Source: Phoronis australis (taxonomy: Eukaryota; Animalia; Phoronida). From it: a stretch of 64,000 nt of DNA. Below the pieces are notes generated by a model that was not told the DNA's origin, searched no databases, and worked only from the letters and a program-made list of their open reading frames with translations. A program made the translations under genes and the position numbers. Location of the stretch: the NCBI GenBank assembly GCA_002633005.1, contig NMRA01000024.1, forward strand, positions 1,553,855 through 1,617,854, read 5' to 3'. Within the stretch, counting starts at the first letter, position 1, and the number at the start of each line of letters is the position of its first letter. Shown here piece by piece: positions 49,834 through 63,030 of this stretch.

Positions 49834-52713
49834 ACAATCTCTAAATAAAGGACTGCTCAGGACAACACCCCTTTTGACAGTATATGTAAGTAATATAGGT
49901 TCTTGGAACAGTCTGTAATATCACCTGTTATCAGACCCCGACTTAGGATACAGAACCATTGAACAGCCCCAGGACAACCTGCTTAATACAGCTAGACCAG
50001 AAAAGTTCAGTTCAGCCCTCTATTCATGAACATCACATACAAATCACTTTTAAGATGAATAATGACAATGCAAACTCTTCACTTCAATGGTGACTGGCAA
50101 GCAGGAAAGGTCAGACTGAGAATGAATCCCCTTTCTTGGCTTCAGAATGATCTAACATCCTCAGGGGCTGAATAGCAGCAGAGTTTTTCTCATTGACCTT
50201 TTGATAGAAAGCACTGGGATCTGCTCATCAGGACTAATCATTTGTAACCAGATACAATCTTCTGGATGATAGCGTAATAAAGCCAAACTGGTTATTTTTA
50301 ATCCATCAGAAACCAAAAATTAGGAAGAAAATTTTGTTGATTATAAAAGAGCAGAAATACATTAAAACGAGTATGGTTGACTGCGGTTACAGAGCTACTG
50401 CAAAACTGATGAAAAGAGTGAATTATGCGTAGTAAAACGTGCATATATTGGACACGTTGTACTCGGACAAGCTTCCACTGTATGCATATTCAAGTTCATG
50501 CACACTGCCCTTTAGAGAAGTTGCATCTCACCTTACTTGGATAAAATCTGTACCACCCGAGGATTTTTTTAGTTGGGTTTGATAATGTCGTAAAGCAAAT
50601 GGAAGCAACTGGCTAAAATCACTATTAAGTGACGTCCACTCCACGAGTTACTCCTGGAATGAGTTGCCACTAGGTTCAGTACTAGTGTGAACATTGCTTG
50701 CCCAGGGACAACTTGCCACACGTACAGTTTACTCCAACATATCAAGGTAGGGTAAATTGTTCTAGTGCAACTTGTCCTGACATAAGTCGGAGTGCATGGA
50801 TGGAAACTTGAAGATTAGGGTGGAACTTTAAATAACAAACTGTGAGCTTTTTCGCTTCTCACAGCATAGCAATGTAAAATCATTTTTGTGTCTTGTCGCA
50901 TGGGGTGCCACACTGTGAAGTGTTGACGCTTGCCTGATCGAGTTCACATTGCTCTCGTGCATGATGCTCCGGTGCAAGTTGTTCCAGGGTAACACGCAGT
51001 GTGAACACAGCTTAAAAGCTGAATGTTCATGATGTTCACACCTGTGTATCTGTCCTGAAAACATTTCAAAATAAAACTAAATGCTGCTATGCTAGCTCAC
51101 TACATTGATATATAGGTAAACTAGGAATTTTAAGTGACTTTCAAAAGTTTTTAAAACCAATCGATGCTCTGCAGCACAATTACTTTCAAAAGCTTGGAAC
51201 AAAGTTAAATCGACAACTGTAACCAACATTTTGCGTAAGTTATTAATGAATGACCACCTATGTATTGTGCAATAGTATTACAGTAACAAAATTAGTAATT
51301 TTGGATGAACTCTCGAATCAGATTTCAACCTTCTCACTTAAATCATTTCCAACCAGGGTGGGATGTGTTGCAATAAATAACAATTAAGTTTGTCAACTAT
51401 CACTATTAGCGACATGATTTGACTTTAAATTCACCTTTAAGTGTCACACTGAATTACTAATGCCCAATAGTACGTTACACCTCATGTCCCATGGATCCAC
51501 GCAAATACTAACATAGGTGTTGAAACTCAGTCATCTACAGGACTTAATGCTTGGGAAGAAAAGTAAAATGTACTTGATGCACTAACTGAAAAGACATTCA
51601 GCATCTACCGGTAACACCCTTCCTCTTTTCCAGTGAGCAACAGAATACAATTCACTTCAGTCTCATTCTTTTTCATTGAAAAGCAAAATACAATTCGGTT
51701 TCAAATCGTGTAGGTCTGAGATGGGCCTACATACCATACACTCAATGCATGTTTTGAAGTTGAAATTCTTTATGGTTGTGTTCTCAGGGCAGCTGAAATT
51801 TTAAGAAGTCGTGAGTGTATAAATTAAGAGTGGATATTCAGCTAAATGTGGGAGTAATCCCCAGGCACACAGTGTATTTTAGCTGATACAGGACTACCGA
51901 CATATTTCTGAATTTACCGATTGGACACAAAACCCATCACCCATGTCGACATCTTGGAGCACTCACTGTATTAAGACTTTTCAAGGGGGTTCAGACAGTG
52001 GGGAGGTTAGAAAGCTCACAAAGGGGCAAATTTAAGTTGAGGGTAAAATCTCAGTCATTAAAGAGTTGGCTGTATTTCGAGAGCAAGTTTTCGGTTATAC
52101 AGAATTGGCTAAATGCAGGACACTTTTCATTGTTCACAGCCTCAAGTTATTCCATTACGTTCATACCGTTGGAACAAAACTCTACTCTCAACTGAACATA
52201 AAAAAGTAACTGACCTAGCGACATAATTAAAAGACACAACAAAATTTTGAAACATACTTGTTCCATTCTCAAATGAAGATAATTAAAGAATTAGGACACA
52301 GTATGACGAGAAGCTGAAATTTCCATACCAACAAACAGACAATATTATGAAAATTGTAATCATTCATAACAATGTTTGAAGTCTTGAAAAATGAAGAAAG
52401 TGCTTATGAGTTTGCCAATTACCTTTGTCCAAAATTGGTGAGATTTTAACGAAGACATTTCCGTCAGTGATAACAACTGCAAGAGCAATCAGCAGTGCAT
52501 CAGGAAACTCAATGTTCGCTGCGTTTACAGTTAAACCTGAGGGCTGCACTGAATTATTGAGTATCAGACGATGACATAAATTATACAAGTACCCTTACAG
52601 TGCACGACTTGCTAACACATTGGTGTATACAATGCAGTGTATACCTGAATATTTCCTGAACAGGTCGCAAGGAGGCCCCACTTGGATACCTGGTGATGCC
52701 GTGCTCTTCTAAT

Positions 52714-53528
52714 GTATTCAAACATTACACTGCCCCCTCCCCCCACCCCCAAATAAATTCTCCCCACCCCGTTGTCGCAAATTTCACACCTCAAATTCCT
52801 AGTTATGTTTTCATCAACAGATTTCCATGTAGTTACAACTCACTGTTTTCTTCACTGTAGTCAGTTGATAACAATTCAACCATTCTAATGGAACCATTCT
52901 AAATCAACCAGCTATGTCATTTTAAACTTGCTTGTAGACGCAACTTCAGACCAGCAGACTAGACAACTCAAGGAAAACATTAAGTAATTCCAACAAAGAT
53001 GAACTGACTACCAGCATAAACCATTGTAGGAGTTAGCCGAATTGTCAATAATTGAAACGAATACGCACATGCTGTCAGAGATCCGCAAGACATGGGTAAC
53101 ATGGCAATTACTCTGTGACANGTATTCAAACATTACACTGCCCCCTCCCCCCACCCCCAAATAAATTCTCCCCACCCCGTTGTCGCAAATTTCACACCTC
53201 AAATTCCTAGTTATGTTTTCATCAACAGATTTCCTTGTAGTTACAACTAACTGTTTTCTTCACTGTAGTCAGTTGATAACAATTCAACCATTCTAATGGA
53301 ACCATTCTAAATCAACCAGCTATGTCATTTTAAACTTGCTTGTAGACGCAACTTCAGACCAGCAGACTAGACAACTCAAGGAAAACATTAAGTAATTCCA
53401 ACAAAGATGAACTGACTACCAGCATAAACCGTTGTAGGAGTTAGCCGAATTGTCAATAATTAAAACGAATACGCACATGCTGTCAGAGATCCGCAAGACA
53501 TGGGTAACGTGGCAATTACTCTGTGACA
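52714..53528. repeat. 407-bp tandem duplication joined by a single N (53121); probable allelic contig overlap
   Basis: 52714-53120 vs 53122-53528, differing by a few SNPs. Confidence 0.88.
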
Positions 53529-55664
53529 TCCGGTACCACACAAGGCATTGCTTTGATTTAATTATTTGACGATCACAAAAAATCGAGTAATGAAATTAGA
53601 ACACATTTCTTGCTTACTGGGGGTTATAGTGTAGTGTAACGGAGCAATTGTCTTAACAAACCCATTAGTTCCTTTTGCATCAACATAGCTTTTCATTCAG
53701 ATCGAAAATCCCCCCCCCCCCTCCGTTAACAGGATTCCATAAAAATGAAGAACTCATTACTAGGTAATACAAACACACCCTCTGAAGGTAAACATGAAAT
53801 ACCAGACCCAAGTGATAACCCCAATATTTCAGGAAGCCACATAGTATTTTAGGGGTATCGGAAATCAATCGTGACAGGTCAAAAATCAATGAATCCAGCA
53901 GTTGTCAGAGTGAAAATGGCCAGTTTCCTTAAATCCACAGTCAAGTCTATTCCTCAACAACATATGAATACTGGGTGGGACAAACCCCTATTACTCATAC
54001 CCTTTAAGGGTGTAACCTATTCACTGTTTGTTTACTGTTACCACTTAGCTGCCTATAACAGAGTAATTAATGTAACCACCTAGTCAATAAAGGTAGCCAT
54101 GTTTTGTGTAAGTGGGACAAAATAGGAATTGGCCATCATCCTGGTGAAGAGTTACCTGTATGGTCCTAACTAGGTGTGTAAATTGTGTATTTACCCATTG
54201 TATTCCCATAGTTTATGCACTCTGACTATAACATAATACAGTTCCAGCCACAGGCATATAGAATAAATAACTAACAGTCTCATAAACCCAAGTTACATTT
54301 ACTGACCAAGTTACACAATGTGGCCATGGCAAGCCAGACATTTCAACACTTCCCATGTATACAATTGTCATGTTACTTAAAAGTATTCCCCAGAAAAATG
54401 TGGCAAGGTCCTTTCAAATTGACTGAACTCTCTAAGTCTGAGCAGAGCATTCAACGTAAACTGGCGACACTGTTGTCTCCAAAGCTGGGATTGTTTTTAA
54501 CATGATGATTTTGGAACATTTACATGTGCTAAGTGACATAAAACATTTCTAATTCGATTGGTGATTATTCAAGTAAAATATAAGCAACTGTTAGCCACGA
54601 CACTGCCCTTTAGTTGGTGACGATAACAATGGACCCTAGTAATAACTTCAATGGGACCGAAGTTGACCGTTCATACTGCACCACAGCATCGATGCTCCGC
54701 TGCTAAAACTACCTATTAACCACCAAGTCAACTGGTGCTGTTAAGTTCGATCCAGGACCGAAGCTGAACGTTCATACTGACCGAAACTTCCCAAAGCATC
54801 GATGTGTTGACGTCAGTAATATAGGTCGTATAGGATTAACCATAGCGAATGCAGCATTTATAACATACCTTATCACTGTTAACATGACAATGAATTATTA
54901 TATCATGTTATATTACATAATTATATAATTGCTGGATTTTAATGTATACATAATTACATTATCAGTGTTATTTTTGTTATTATGCAGGTCAGAAGCAACA
55001 TTTATATGTTATCCTATTATTATATTACACTACTTTATTACATTTTAATTATAGGATTATTAAATTTTAATACCCAATTACATTATTACACCTATTTTGA
55101 TTATTCTGCATATATTATACTGTAGCAGCATACACTTGAATATCATTCATTAAATTACACTGTTATTCTTATAACCGTACTAATAATAATAAAACAATTA
55201 TAACTTACAAAATTATAACAGTAATAAAATTATTATTATAATCCAGCCAACACAACCTATGTAGATATAGCCCCAGGGTCAGTCTCACACTATCCTCGCC
55301 ATTGAGAAGGACGCCATCATGATGGATCACATCCCTACAATTTGACTAATATCTTAGTCACCAACCCAGTTTTTACCCAGAGTTAGTAGGAAAGCTACAA
55401 TAGCATTAGCACCCAGGTTTTTATTTTTAATCTCATAATATATTTGTTCTGGCAAAGAAAGTCGGCATGCTTACAATTACTGTAATTTGTGATGTTCAGT
55501 TTCAAACATCATTTGGGCTTTTTGCAACAGCAGAACAAGAAACACGCCATTTTACGAAAGCAAAAAACGGAAAAATGACACCGAATGGGATTTTTGCTTC
55601 AAGGCAAGTTTTATCGCACAACTCACTTTTGGCTCCTCCATAAAAGATCATTAGTGGAAAACAA

Positions 55665-56078
55665 TTACCTGGATTTTTACAGATAAGCCCATGGACGTGA
55701 ATTCGAAAAATGAAAAATTTCAGGCGTTTTAAAATATCAAATAAACGCCTGGGCGTGTAAACAGAAAGTTATACTTTTGTGGACATTTTTACTTATAACT
55801 GTTTTTACATTTTATGTTAATAAATGCATAGTTCACCAACACCTAGTTCATTTTTACAAGTGATAAATAAATGCGACACAAAACTGAATATGTGACAAAA
55901 AGTTGACTGGGAGTGGGCTTTTAAGAGGAAATTTTCCGAATAAATGCCTCACTATCTGGACACGTGACACCAGAAGTTGTAAACCAAATAAACGCCCATG
56001 GGCGTTGTACGCCAAAATTTTTCGAATAAACGCCCATGGGCGTGTCATAGGGTTGGCTTGTCTACGGAGAATCCATTA
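55665..56078. mobile_element. Degenerate MITE with internal ATAAACGCCCATGGGCGT hairpin repeats
   Basis: Ends TGGATTTTTACAGATAAGCC / GGCTTGTCTACGGAGAATCCA are imperfectly inverted; repeated internal ACGCCCATGGGCGT palindromes. Confidence 0.55.
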
Positions 56079-57464
56079 AGGGCCCACATGGCTATTCTCT
56101 GCAAATCAAAACAGTAATAAGGTAATTAATCAAATTTCTTCACAAAACTAAGAATTAAGAAAAAGTTCAGTTTATTAGTGGAATAGTTTGTACTGATAAG
56201 CTGTCATGGAACTACATTTGGCAAAAGATACCACTACACCTAGTAAAGGACCCAGGCCTTAAAAAAGTGACAATTTTCTACGAAATAAGCGGAGAATTAC
56301 CCTCATGAATTTGTGGGACAAAAGTACTGATGGACCGAAGACATCGAAAAGGGCCATAACAGCAATCACTTAACAAAAATGCCGCGAAATACACCATAGA
56401 TGTGATGTTTGCTTTGTTATGTTTGTTTTTTGGTAGTGTTCAGAGAAGAGTGGCCCATAAATCTGCTTACGCGGAAACAGAGGTGGATTAAGGTTTCTCA
56501 GCGCCCTAAGCCATAAGACGTTAGTGTGGACCTGAGCTACAGGTCCAAAAATAGCAAAACTACTGTACCGCCAACTCATGTGGGTTTCTGGACTTGCAGA
56601 CCTCAGGTGGGCATAATTCTGCACTTACAGGTGGCGGGTTCCAAAGAGCACCGTCTGGAAAGTTACCCAATCATATAGCTGAGCACTCAGATATTACATT
56701 TGTGGGGTTTAGTTGTGTACCGACACCCAAACCGTTTTCGTACTCCAATTTTTCATAATTTAGTAATTACAACCTCGTATACAGACTTCACAAACAACCC
56801 ACCTATATATACACTCTGATTAGTAGTACATGACAGACAATTTCGACAAAGTGGCGATATAAATAATTTGAGCCAAATAAAGAGCTTACCCCAGTCATGG
56901 TGAGAGAAAGCCATCACGACCGCAGGATAGCTCCCGTTACCTAGATGCTGCAGGCCAACTGAGGGGCTACAGGATCGTGAATAGGCCCGTCCCGGGCGGA
57001 CCATTAAATTCAGTGATTGTCTGGTTCTCAAAATCATTGGCACAGTCACTATATTCCACAATAGTAGAGAGAGAACAGTCTAGGAATCAAGTCTCATTGC
57101 TACCTTCTGGGTGGGGCAGTACACAGGCACAAGGAAATAATAAGAATGGTGTAGGTCTACCAAGCAACAGGGTTTAACAACAGTCAAACCCTAACACACT
57201 GCCAACACAATATTAACCAGCGCGTCCTGGAAAATACAGTTTATTCTCGGCAGTCGAGCATGGATACTGTCAGCGTTTTCAATGAATTGGTCACCTGCTA
57301 GAGTTAGGCCCAGTGCATCACACGCTTACTTGGTTTGCCAATATTTACTCTGTTTACGAACCAGTCCATCTGGACTGATGAAACTAATCAGTAGCTGAAA
57401 CTGTGTTTGTATAAAGTTAAGACGAACCCGACGACGCCCCTATTCAAAAAGCTGTCGTACATAC

Positions 57465-57700
57465 CTGTATAAAATGCTACATGCGGATACAAACTTCAGT
57501 TAAATTTCAATGTATAGGCAAGAGTGTGTTGAAACGCACCGACTACGTCATCTCCCTGCACAACATTCCACAGTAGTTCGGCAAGCTCTCACGATCTCAC
57601 GCACACCTTGTTGATCTAAATATAGCCCATTCAGCGGCGTTCAGTTCGACCAATCAGCTATCAAGGAGACTGAATGATCCGGAATTTGGCCTGCACCGCG
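57465..57700 (-). promoter_or_regulatory. Candidate promoter and non-coding first exon of the myosin gene
   Basis: Strong donor CAG|GTATGT at 57465; locally CpG-richer; CCAATCAG at ~57650; CCGGAA at ~57679. No transcript evidence. Confidence 0.4.
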
Positions 57701-59592
57701 ACGGAGATTTTATCGAACCCCATATAATACTGGTAACAAAAATGTAATTTCATTATTGACATAGTAGTTTTGAAGTAATAAATCTGATAAATCAAGTGAA
57801 ATTACTTAAAGATAGTTAAGGTGACTACAGGAACCACCTAAATCGTTATCCAAATTTGGATATCTTTGGAATTATCACTGCTCGGAAATGACTGACCCAA
57901 TTCAGGTGAAGATACTACTCTTTATTAACTGATACATAACAATTTTTAGGATAAAATATGATGTTGTTCGATTTTTGCATGAGGGGCTATCAAACATGGG
58001 ATTTAATGCCATTTTTATAAAAAAATCAAAAATTGCATCATGGAAAACAAAACATTAGTTTCATAGAAAAATGTAAAAGATTTCTAAGATTTCATTTTGA
58101 GCATTTATGCTAATGAAATTTGGTCGCGTGATTGATACCGTTATCTTGCAACAGACGTACTTTGTTCTTTTTGTTCCACTTTACGTAGGATAACCCAATT
58201 ATTGTCTGCTGAATGTAAATAAAAAATAAGTTCTAACGACTTTTTCTTTCAAATTGTATTCTTTTACTGAGTTGAAATCTTCAATTTTGTGGATAGTCTA
58301 CTAAATACACGGACTCATCGATGTTCTTCATCGGAAATGTTTGAAATTACCCTGGGCCCTCAAATTAGTAAGAACCTTTCTTGATTTAGACCAAATACCT
58401 TCATATATGAAGGTAACTGCCAAAAACATACTAGTCGGAAGCCAATAAGGACGGGGTCTGGTACACTATCCCAATCCAAGGGCACTCGACAGCCTCGACG
58501 GTATGCCAGTACAATTCTGTATTTTGATTGCACTCTCTAATTTCGCCTGTCAGTCTAATTTACAATGAACATTTGACACCTCTAAAGGTCTATGCAAAGG
58601 GCTCGCCAGAAAATCAAAAAGGACCTCCGGTTTGAGGTACGTCGTTCTCACAATTGTATATAGACCTACCAATTGTGATTCAGTGCATTCCACTCGCTGG
58701 CCAAAAACACACGACCCATCGCAGAAATAAAAAAATCTGACTTCGATCAACCAGAAACTCCCAAAACTTGATTTAAGCAAAAGTTCGACGCAGTTCAGCT
58801 ATTGGTAATTTAAGTGAGCTGTTGCTCAATATGTAACATAAATTTGCCTACTGATGCCAAGGACATCGCCACTCTGGGAAGTCTGCGTACACCACGGATT
58901 GTGACAAAAATCTTGCTAATTTTTCCTAATTCCAACTAAGCAACAAATTTCACTGAAGCATAAATTTGCTTATAGGGAGAGTATGGCAGACGGGTAACAG
59001 ATAGGGGTTATAAGGGTGCCCTCCCAAATAACTTTTTATATTGTATGCCGACTCCGGCCAATGCTAGTTTTAAAAATTTTGGTTCACCGGTTACAATCTC
59101 CCAGTACGTTACGATTTAAAATAACAATGTGCTTTTATAAAAGTACGAGTTTCGAAGTTATTTTTGATAGAATTCAGTTCTTGGTGTTGTTGACTTTTAA
59201 CCAGTCAGCTATAAAAATGCGTTTCCAGAGGTGTTTTGCTTGTCAACATATTGTCAGAACCGTTAAAGGCGTGCAATTTTCAAATGCGGAAACAAACCTA
59301 TAAAAACTTATCGCGTTTGCCGTTGCGTCCTCATTCTGCAAGAGTCTTCTGCAGTCATGTACTTTCTCAGCATTTGGAAAATCGGAGCTTCCGCCTTGGA
59401 AAAGTGGAACATCTGTTCCAACGCCAAATGCAAATTTGACAAACCATGGCACAGTTGCATAGCAGTTATAGGCCGTATAGCATCAATGGTGTCACATTAT
59501 CACACACCACGTTGTTATTGTTGACCAGTGGTCCTGACGTCATGCAACAATCAAACTTATCCAGATAACCTTGAAGTTTTATGCAACCTAGC

Positions 59593-60579
59593 CCAGGTGG
59601 AGTAGCATATGTGGCGCCACCAACCAAGAAAGTTTCCCGTAGGCGTTTTTTTTGCTAGGACGAAAAATGTCGTTTCCTGAAATATTTGGACATTTTTGAC
59701 GTAACTCCCTCCACCGCCACCACTTTACGGCGTTAGCGCCAAATTATTTCACAACGACCAATTTCACGAAATATTTTGATGGTGTGGCGCGACGGCTAAT
59801 ACAGCTTCAAATAGTGGTATTGTCCCACCGAAAGCGAGACACTTGGCAAGTAAAAATACACGTTGTTGGATACGACTCAATCGAAGACCTTGCTCCTTCA
59901 CGAACTTCCAAAAATCGTGTAAAGAATATGCCTTTTTCGCAGTTTTCGGAACCAACCGTACGTTGCCCAAACATGTTTGTAATTTTTACGAAAAAAATCA
60001 TTTTTCTCCGCCAAAATTTTTTTCCGAGAAAAAACTTTTACACCACGGAAAATACTTTTCCCTGGATAATTTTTTCCACACAAAAAACATCCGGCGCGGA
60101 AAAAACTTTCTCCGTGAAAAAGACTTTTCTCCGAGACAAACATTTTTCTCGATGGAAAAGCTGTTCTTCGTGGAGAAAACATTTCTACGCGAAAAATACT
60201 TTTTACGTTATCCGTGAAAAAGATTTTTCAACTGGAAAAAATTTTCTCTGTAGAAAACACTTTTGTCCATGGAAAATCTTTTCACCGCAGAAAGAAATAT
60301 ACAAGGAAAAAAATGTTTATTATTAAAAAACTCTTCGTGAAAAAAATTCTGCGTGGAGACTTTATAACGTGGAAAAACATTCTCCAAGGAAAAAATTCCT
60401 CACTAAAAATTCTACGAAAAATTTCTCATGGAAAACCTTTTCTCTGCCGAAAAATATTCTTCGCTGAAAAAATATTCCAATCAGAAAAGAAACTTTTCTC
60501 CGCGGAAAAACTCCACGGAGAATTTTCAACGTGGAAAAACCATCTGTCCAAGGAAATACTAAAAATTCATACTCCCCGG
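59593..60579. mobile_element. Putative non-autonomous DNA element with an internal degenerate ~17-18-bp A/T-tract array
   Basis: Ends CCAGGTGGAGTA / TACTCCCCGG are imperfectly inverted; 59985-60570 consists of GAAAAA...TTTTCTCC-like units. Confidence 0.45.
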
Positions 60580-60582
60580 ATA

Positions 60583-61779
60583 AACAACCAAGAGAACAGG
60601 CTGGCTCCAGAAAGGGTTATTCAACAGCAGAACATCTTCAAACCCTAAATCAAATAATAGAAAAATACAATGAATTCAACTTACCATTATGTGTTGGTTA
60701 TATAGATTATGAAAAGGCATTCGACTCAGTGGAGCATTCAGCTATTTTCAGTGCACTACGACAGACTGGAAATCATGAGGCATATGTAAACATAATAGAG
60801 GACATCTATACAGACGCAACAGCAAGACTACTCATGGAAAATCAGACACTAGGAAAAATTTCAAGAAGAGGCATGAGACAAGGAGACCCTTATCACCTAA
60901 GTTATTTACTACGGTACTACAAGAGGTTTTCAACACGGCTCATTTGGAGAGGAGAGGACTCAACATAGATGGTGAGAACTTCGAGGATTTGCGATTTGCA
61001 GATGATGTGGACCTTACAACAGAAAACATTAAAAACATGGAAATGCAACTGAACATACTAAATGAAAAAAAGCTTACAAGTTGGCCTGAAAATACACAGA
61101 GGAAAGACTAAATATATAACAAATTTCAAGACTGAAGACCAGATAGAAATCAAAAGCACACCAATAGAGAAAGTGAAAGACTACAAATACCTTGGCCAAA
61201 CTATTACAATGGAAGAGACGACAAAACAAGAAGTCCTGATAAGACTAAAAGCAGGTTGGGGTTGTTTCGGCAAATACAGAGAGATATTTCTAGACGAAAA
61301 GCTGCCAATAGTACTAAACAGAAAAGTGTACAACCAATGCGTTATGCCAGTAGTGACACATGGATGCCAAACATGGTCACTTACTAAAAAACTTATGAAC
61401 AAGATGAAAACAAACCCGAGAGCAATGGAAAGGAAACTGTTGGGCATCAGCTTGAAAGACAAAATACCAAATTCCAAGATAAAAGAAAGGAATAAAATAA
61501 CATATATAACAAAATGCATAACAGAAACGAAATGGAGATGGGCTGGACATGTGGCAAGAATGAAGGATAACAGGTGGACTCTGAGAACAACCGAATGGCA
61601 GCCCAAGAAAAGCAAGGGAACAAGGGGGGGACCAAAGAGACGATGGCGAGACGACATCATGCAGAGAGATGGGGTAACATGGCCAAGGACAGTTAAGAAC
61701 CGAAAACAATGGAGGGATCTGGCGGAAGGCTACTTCCTGCAGTGGAAGGACACAACCTAGGTAACAGGTAACGGTAACA
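60583..61779 (+). mobile_element. 5'-truncated, frameshifted RTE-clade non-LTR retrotransposon (reverse transcriptase pseudogene)
   Basis: QPREQAG, YIDYEKAFDSV, GMRQGDP, LRFADDV (FADD at 60995-61006), YKYLG, WRWAGHVAR and GGPKRRWRDDI across three frames, with frameshifts near 60890 and 61070. Stop at 61760, then a (GGTAAC[A])n tail; GGATA on both sides is a possible TSD. Confidence 0.9.
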
Positions 61780-62274
61780 GGATATTACAGTTCTTAATGA
61801 TTGGACGTTCACTACAGTTGCCGTGTATAATTCGCTGAAAGCGTACTAGGTCAGATTTAACCGTTTAGCAGACTTTGAAAGGAGTTTTCAAATTTTTGTT
61901 CAAGGTTGAGGAGGAATACAGAGCATTATTTTGTTTCAGAAAATTGAATGAAAAATTAATTTTAATATCTGTTAATAGGCCAAACCGAGTAAGTATCTTT
62001 TTTAGTCAGAAACTTTGTCTTACGCTCCACACAATTATGTCTGAAAAATATCTGAATCTTCCTTGTGCAAAAGTTCATAGTCTCTGAGAATACACACGTA
62101 ACTGCTAGTTACTTAGATTATTTCAAAATATTACTTCTAGACTGTGATGTGTCGTACTTACTTGGCTAAAACTTTTACAGTCATTGTGAAATGGGAGTTT
62201 GAGACCAAATTTCTGTCTCAAGTTAAGTCTCGAGTCATCTACTTGAAACAGACCTTTAATCTAACCTGTTCAAT

Positions 62275-62312
62275 TCAACGTTTCGTCTTTTCATTAGACA
62301 TCATCAGGATCA
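62275..62312 (-). ncRNA. Minimal type I hammerhead ribozyme motif (intact core)
   Basis: Minus strand reads CTGATGA-T-GTCT-AATGAAA-AGAC-GAAAC-GTT: core boxes, a 4-bp stem II and a palindromic stem III. Stem I pairing is weak. Confidence 0.6.
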
Positions 62313-62742
62313 TATTTACAACAATTTAGGACAACAAGTGCCAACATACAGCTCAGGTAACATCCATAGAGTGAAGTGAGAGATACGTAGAATATGGTCA
62401 GTAGCTGGTCATCACCATAGCTGCAGGGTCACAGAGCTCCACATGTTATTCAGAGAATCAGTGGCATGCTGGTTCTGAATGGCCAATGACTCTTTAATGT
62501 ACAGTAACTCCTTATTTATTGGGTTATTTGCAGATAATACTAACAGAGTTGGCTTGGTGATGTTCAAAAAACTGAAGTCACCCATCCCTTTAATGAACAA
62601 GAGCAATGTTGTGTATAAGGTTGAATGTGACAACTGTAAGGAATTCTATATAGGACTCACACAGAGACGCCTATTTGACAGGTTGAAAGAACATCACACC
62701 TCAGAGAAAAGTAACATATATAGGCATTGTATTAGCTAAATA

Positions 62743-62780
62743 TGATCCTGGTGATGTCTAATGAAAAGACGAAACGTTGA
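62743..62780 (+). ncRNA. Minimal hammerhead motif with a core substitution (CTGGTGA), probably inactive
   Basis: CTGGTGA-T-GTCT-AATGAAA-AGAC-GAAAC-GTT. Confidence 0.45.
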
Positions 62781-62959
62781 ATTGAACATGAACTTTTTTA
62801 TTTGTGCGGCGATCGTCCGGTTTTTGATCTTATTGTGGCCACCAAAAATGATTTAACTAATCTAACCTGATAATTATGACTGCCAACCAATGTTATGTGC
62901 ATTTGAAAATCATACCTGAACTCTAAAATTAAAACACCGGGCAAAGCGAGCTTTCAAGT

Positions 62960-63030
62960 GAGGGATACCGGAAGGTCACGTGGTTCATTCCAGCAGACTA
63001 GAAGTCGAGGGTCAGTGTCCTCGCAGACAT
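62960..63030. promoter_or_regulatory. Promoter-like motif cluster, possibly of a neighbouring gene
   Basis: CCGGAAG (ETS-type) directly followed by GTCACGTGG (E-box) at 62968-62983; CCGCCATTTT and TTCCGG recur near 63586-63650. Confidence 0.3.

Larger units (their letters stand above)
62267..62788. mobile_element. Penelope-like element remnant: GIY-YIG endonuclease fragment between inverted 52-bp repeats
   Basis: ORF 62479-62739 contains SNVVYKVECDNCKEFYIGLTQRRLFDRLKEH (VVY-CxxC-YIG-R-R-EH). 62267-62318 and 62737-62788 are reverse complements except at one base. Confidence 0.85.

Noticed and set aside
52714-53528. Apparent recent segmental duplication with twin ORFs (MRCEICDNG...)
   Set aside because: The junction is a single N and the copies differ by a few SNPs, so it is best explained as an allelic overlap; the ORFs lack coding features.
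56500-56700. Possible tRNA-derived SINE (A/B-box-like words)
   Set aside because: The boxes are on opposite strands and there is no cloverleaf or tail.
57373-57410. Hammerhead-like CTGATGA-AACTAATCAGTAGCT-GAAAC
   Set aside because: Stem II has a mismatch and no stem I can form; at best a decayed relic.
59784-60648. Overlapping K/F-rich ORFs of 94-180 aa
   Set aside because: Produced by the low-complexity A/T-tract array; no protein motifs.
61181-61709. Minus-strand hydrophobic ORFs
   Set aside because: Antisense shadows of the A-rich LINE reverse transcriptase.
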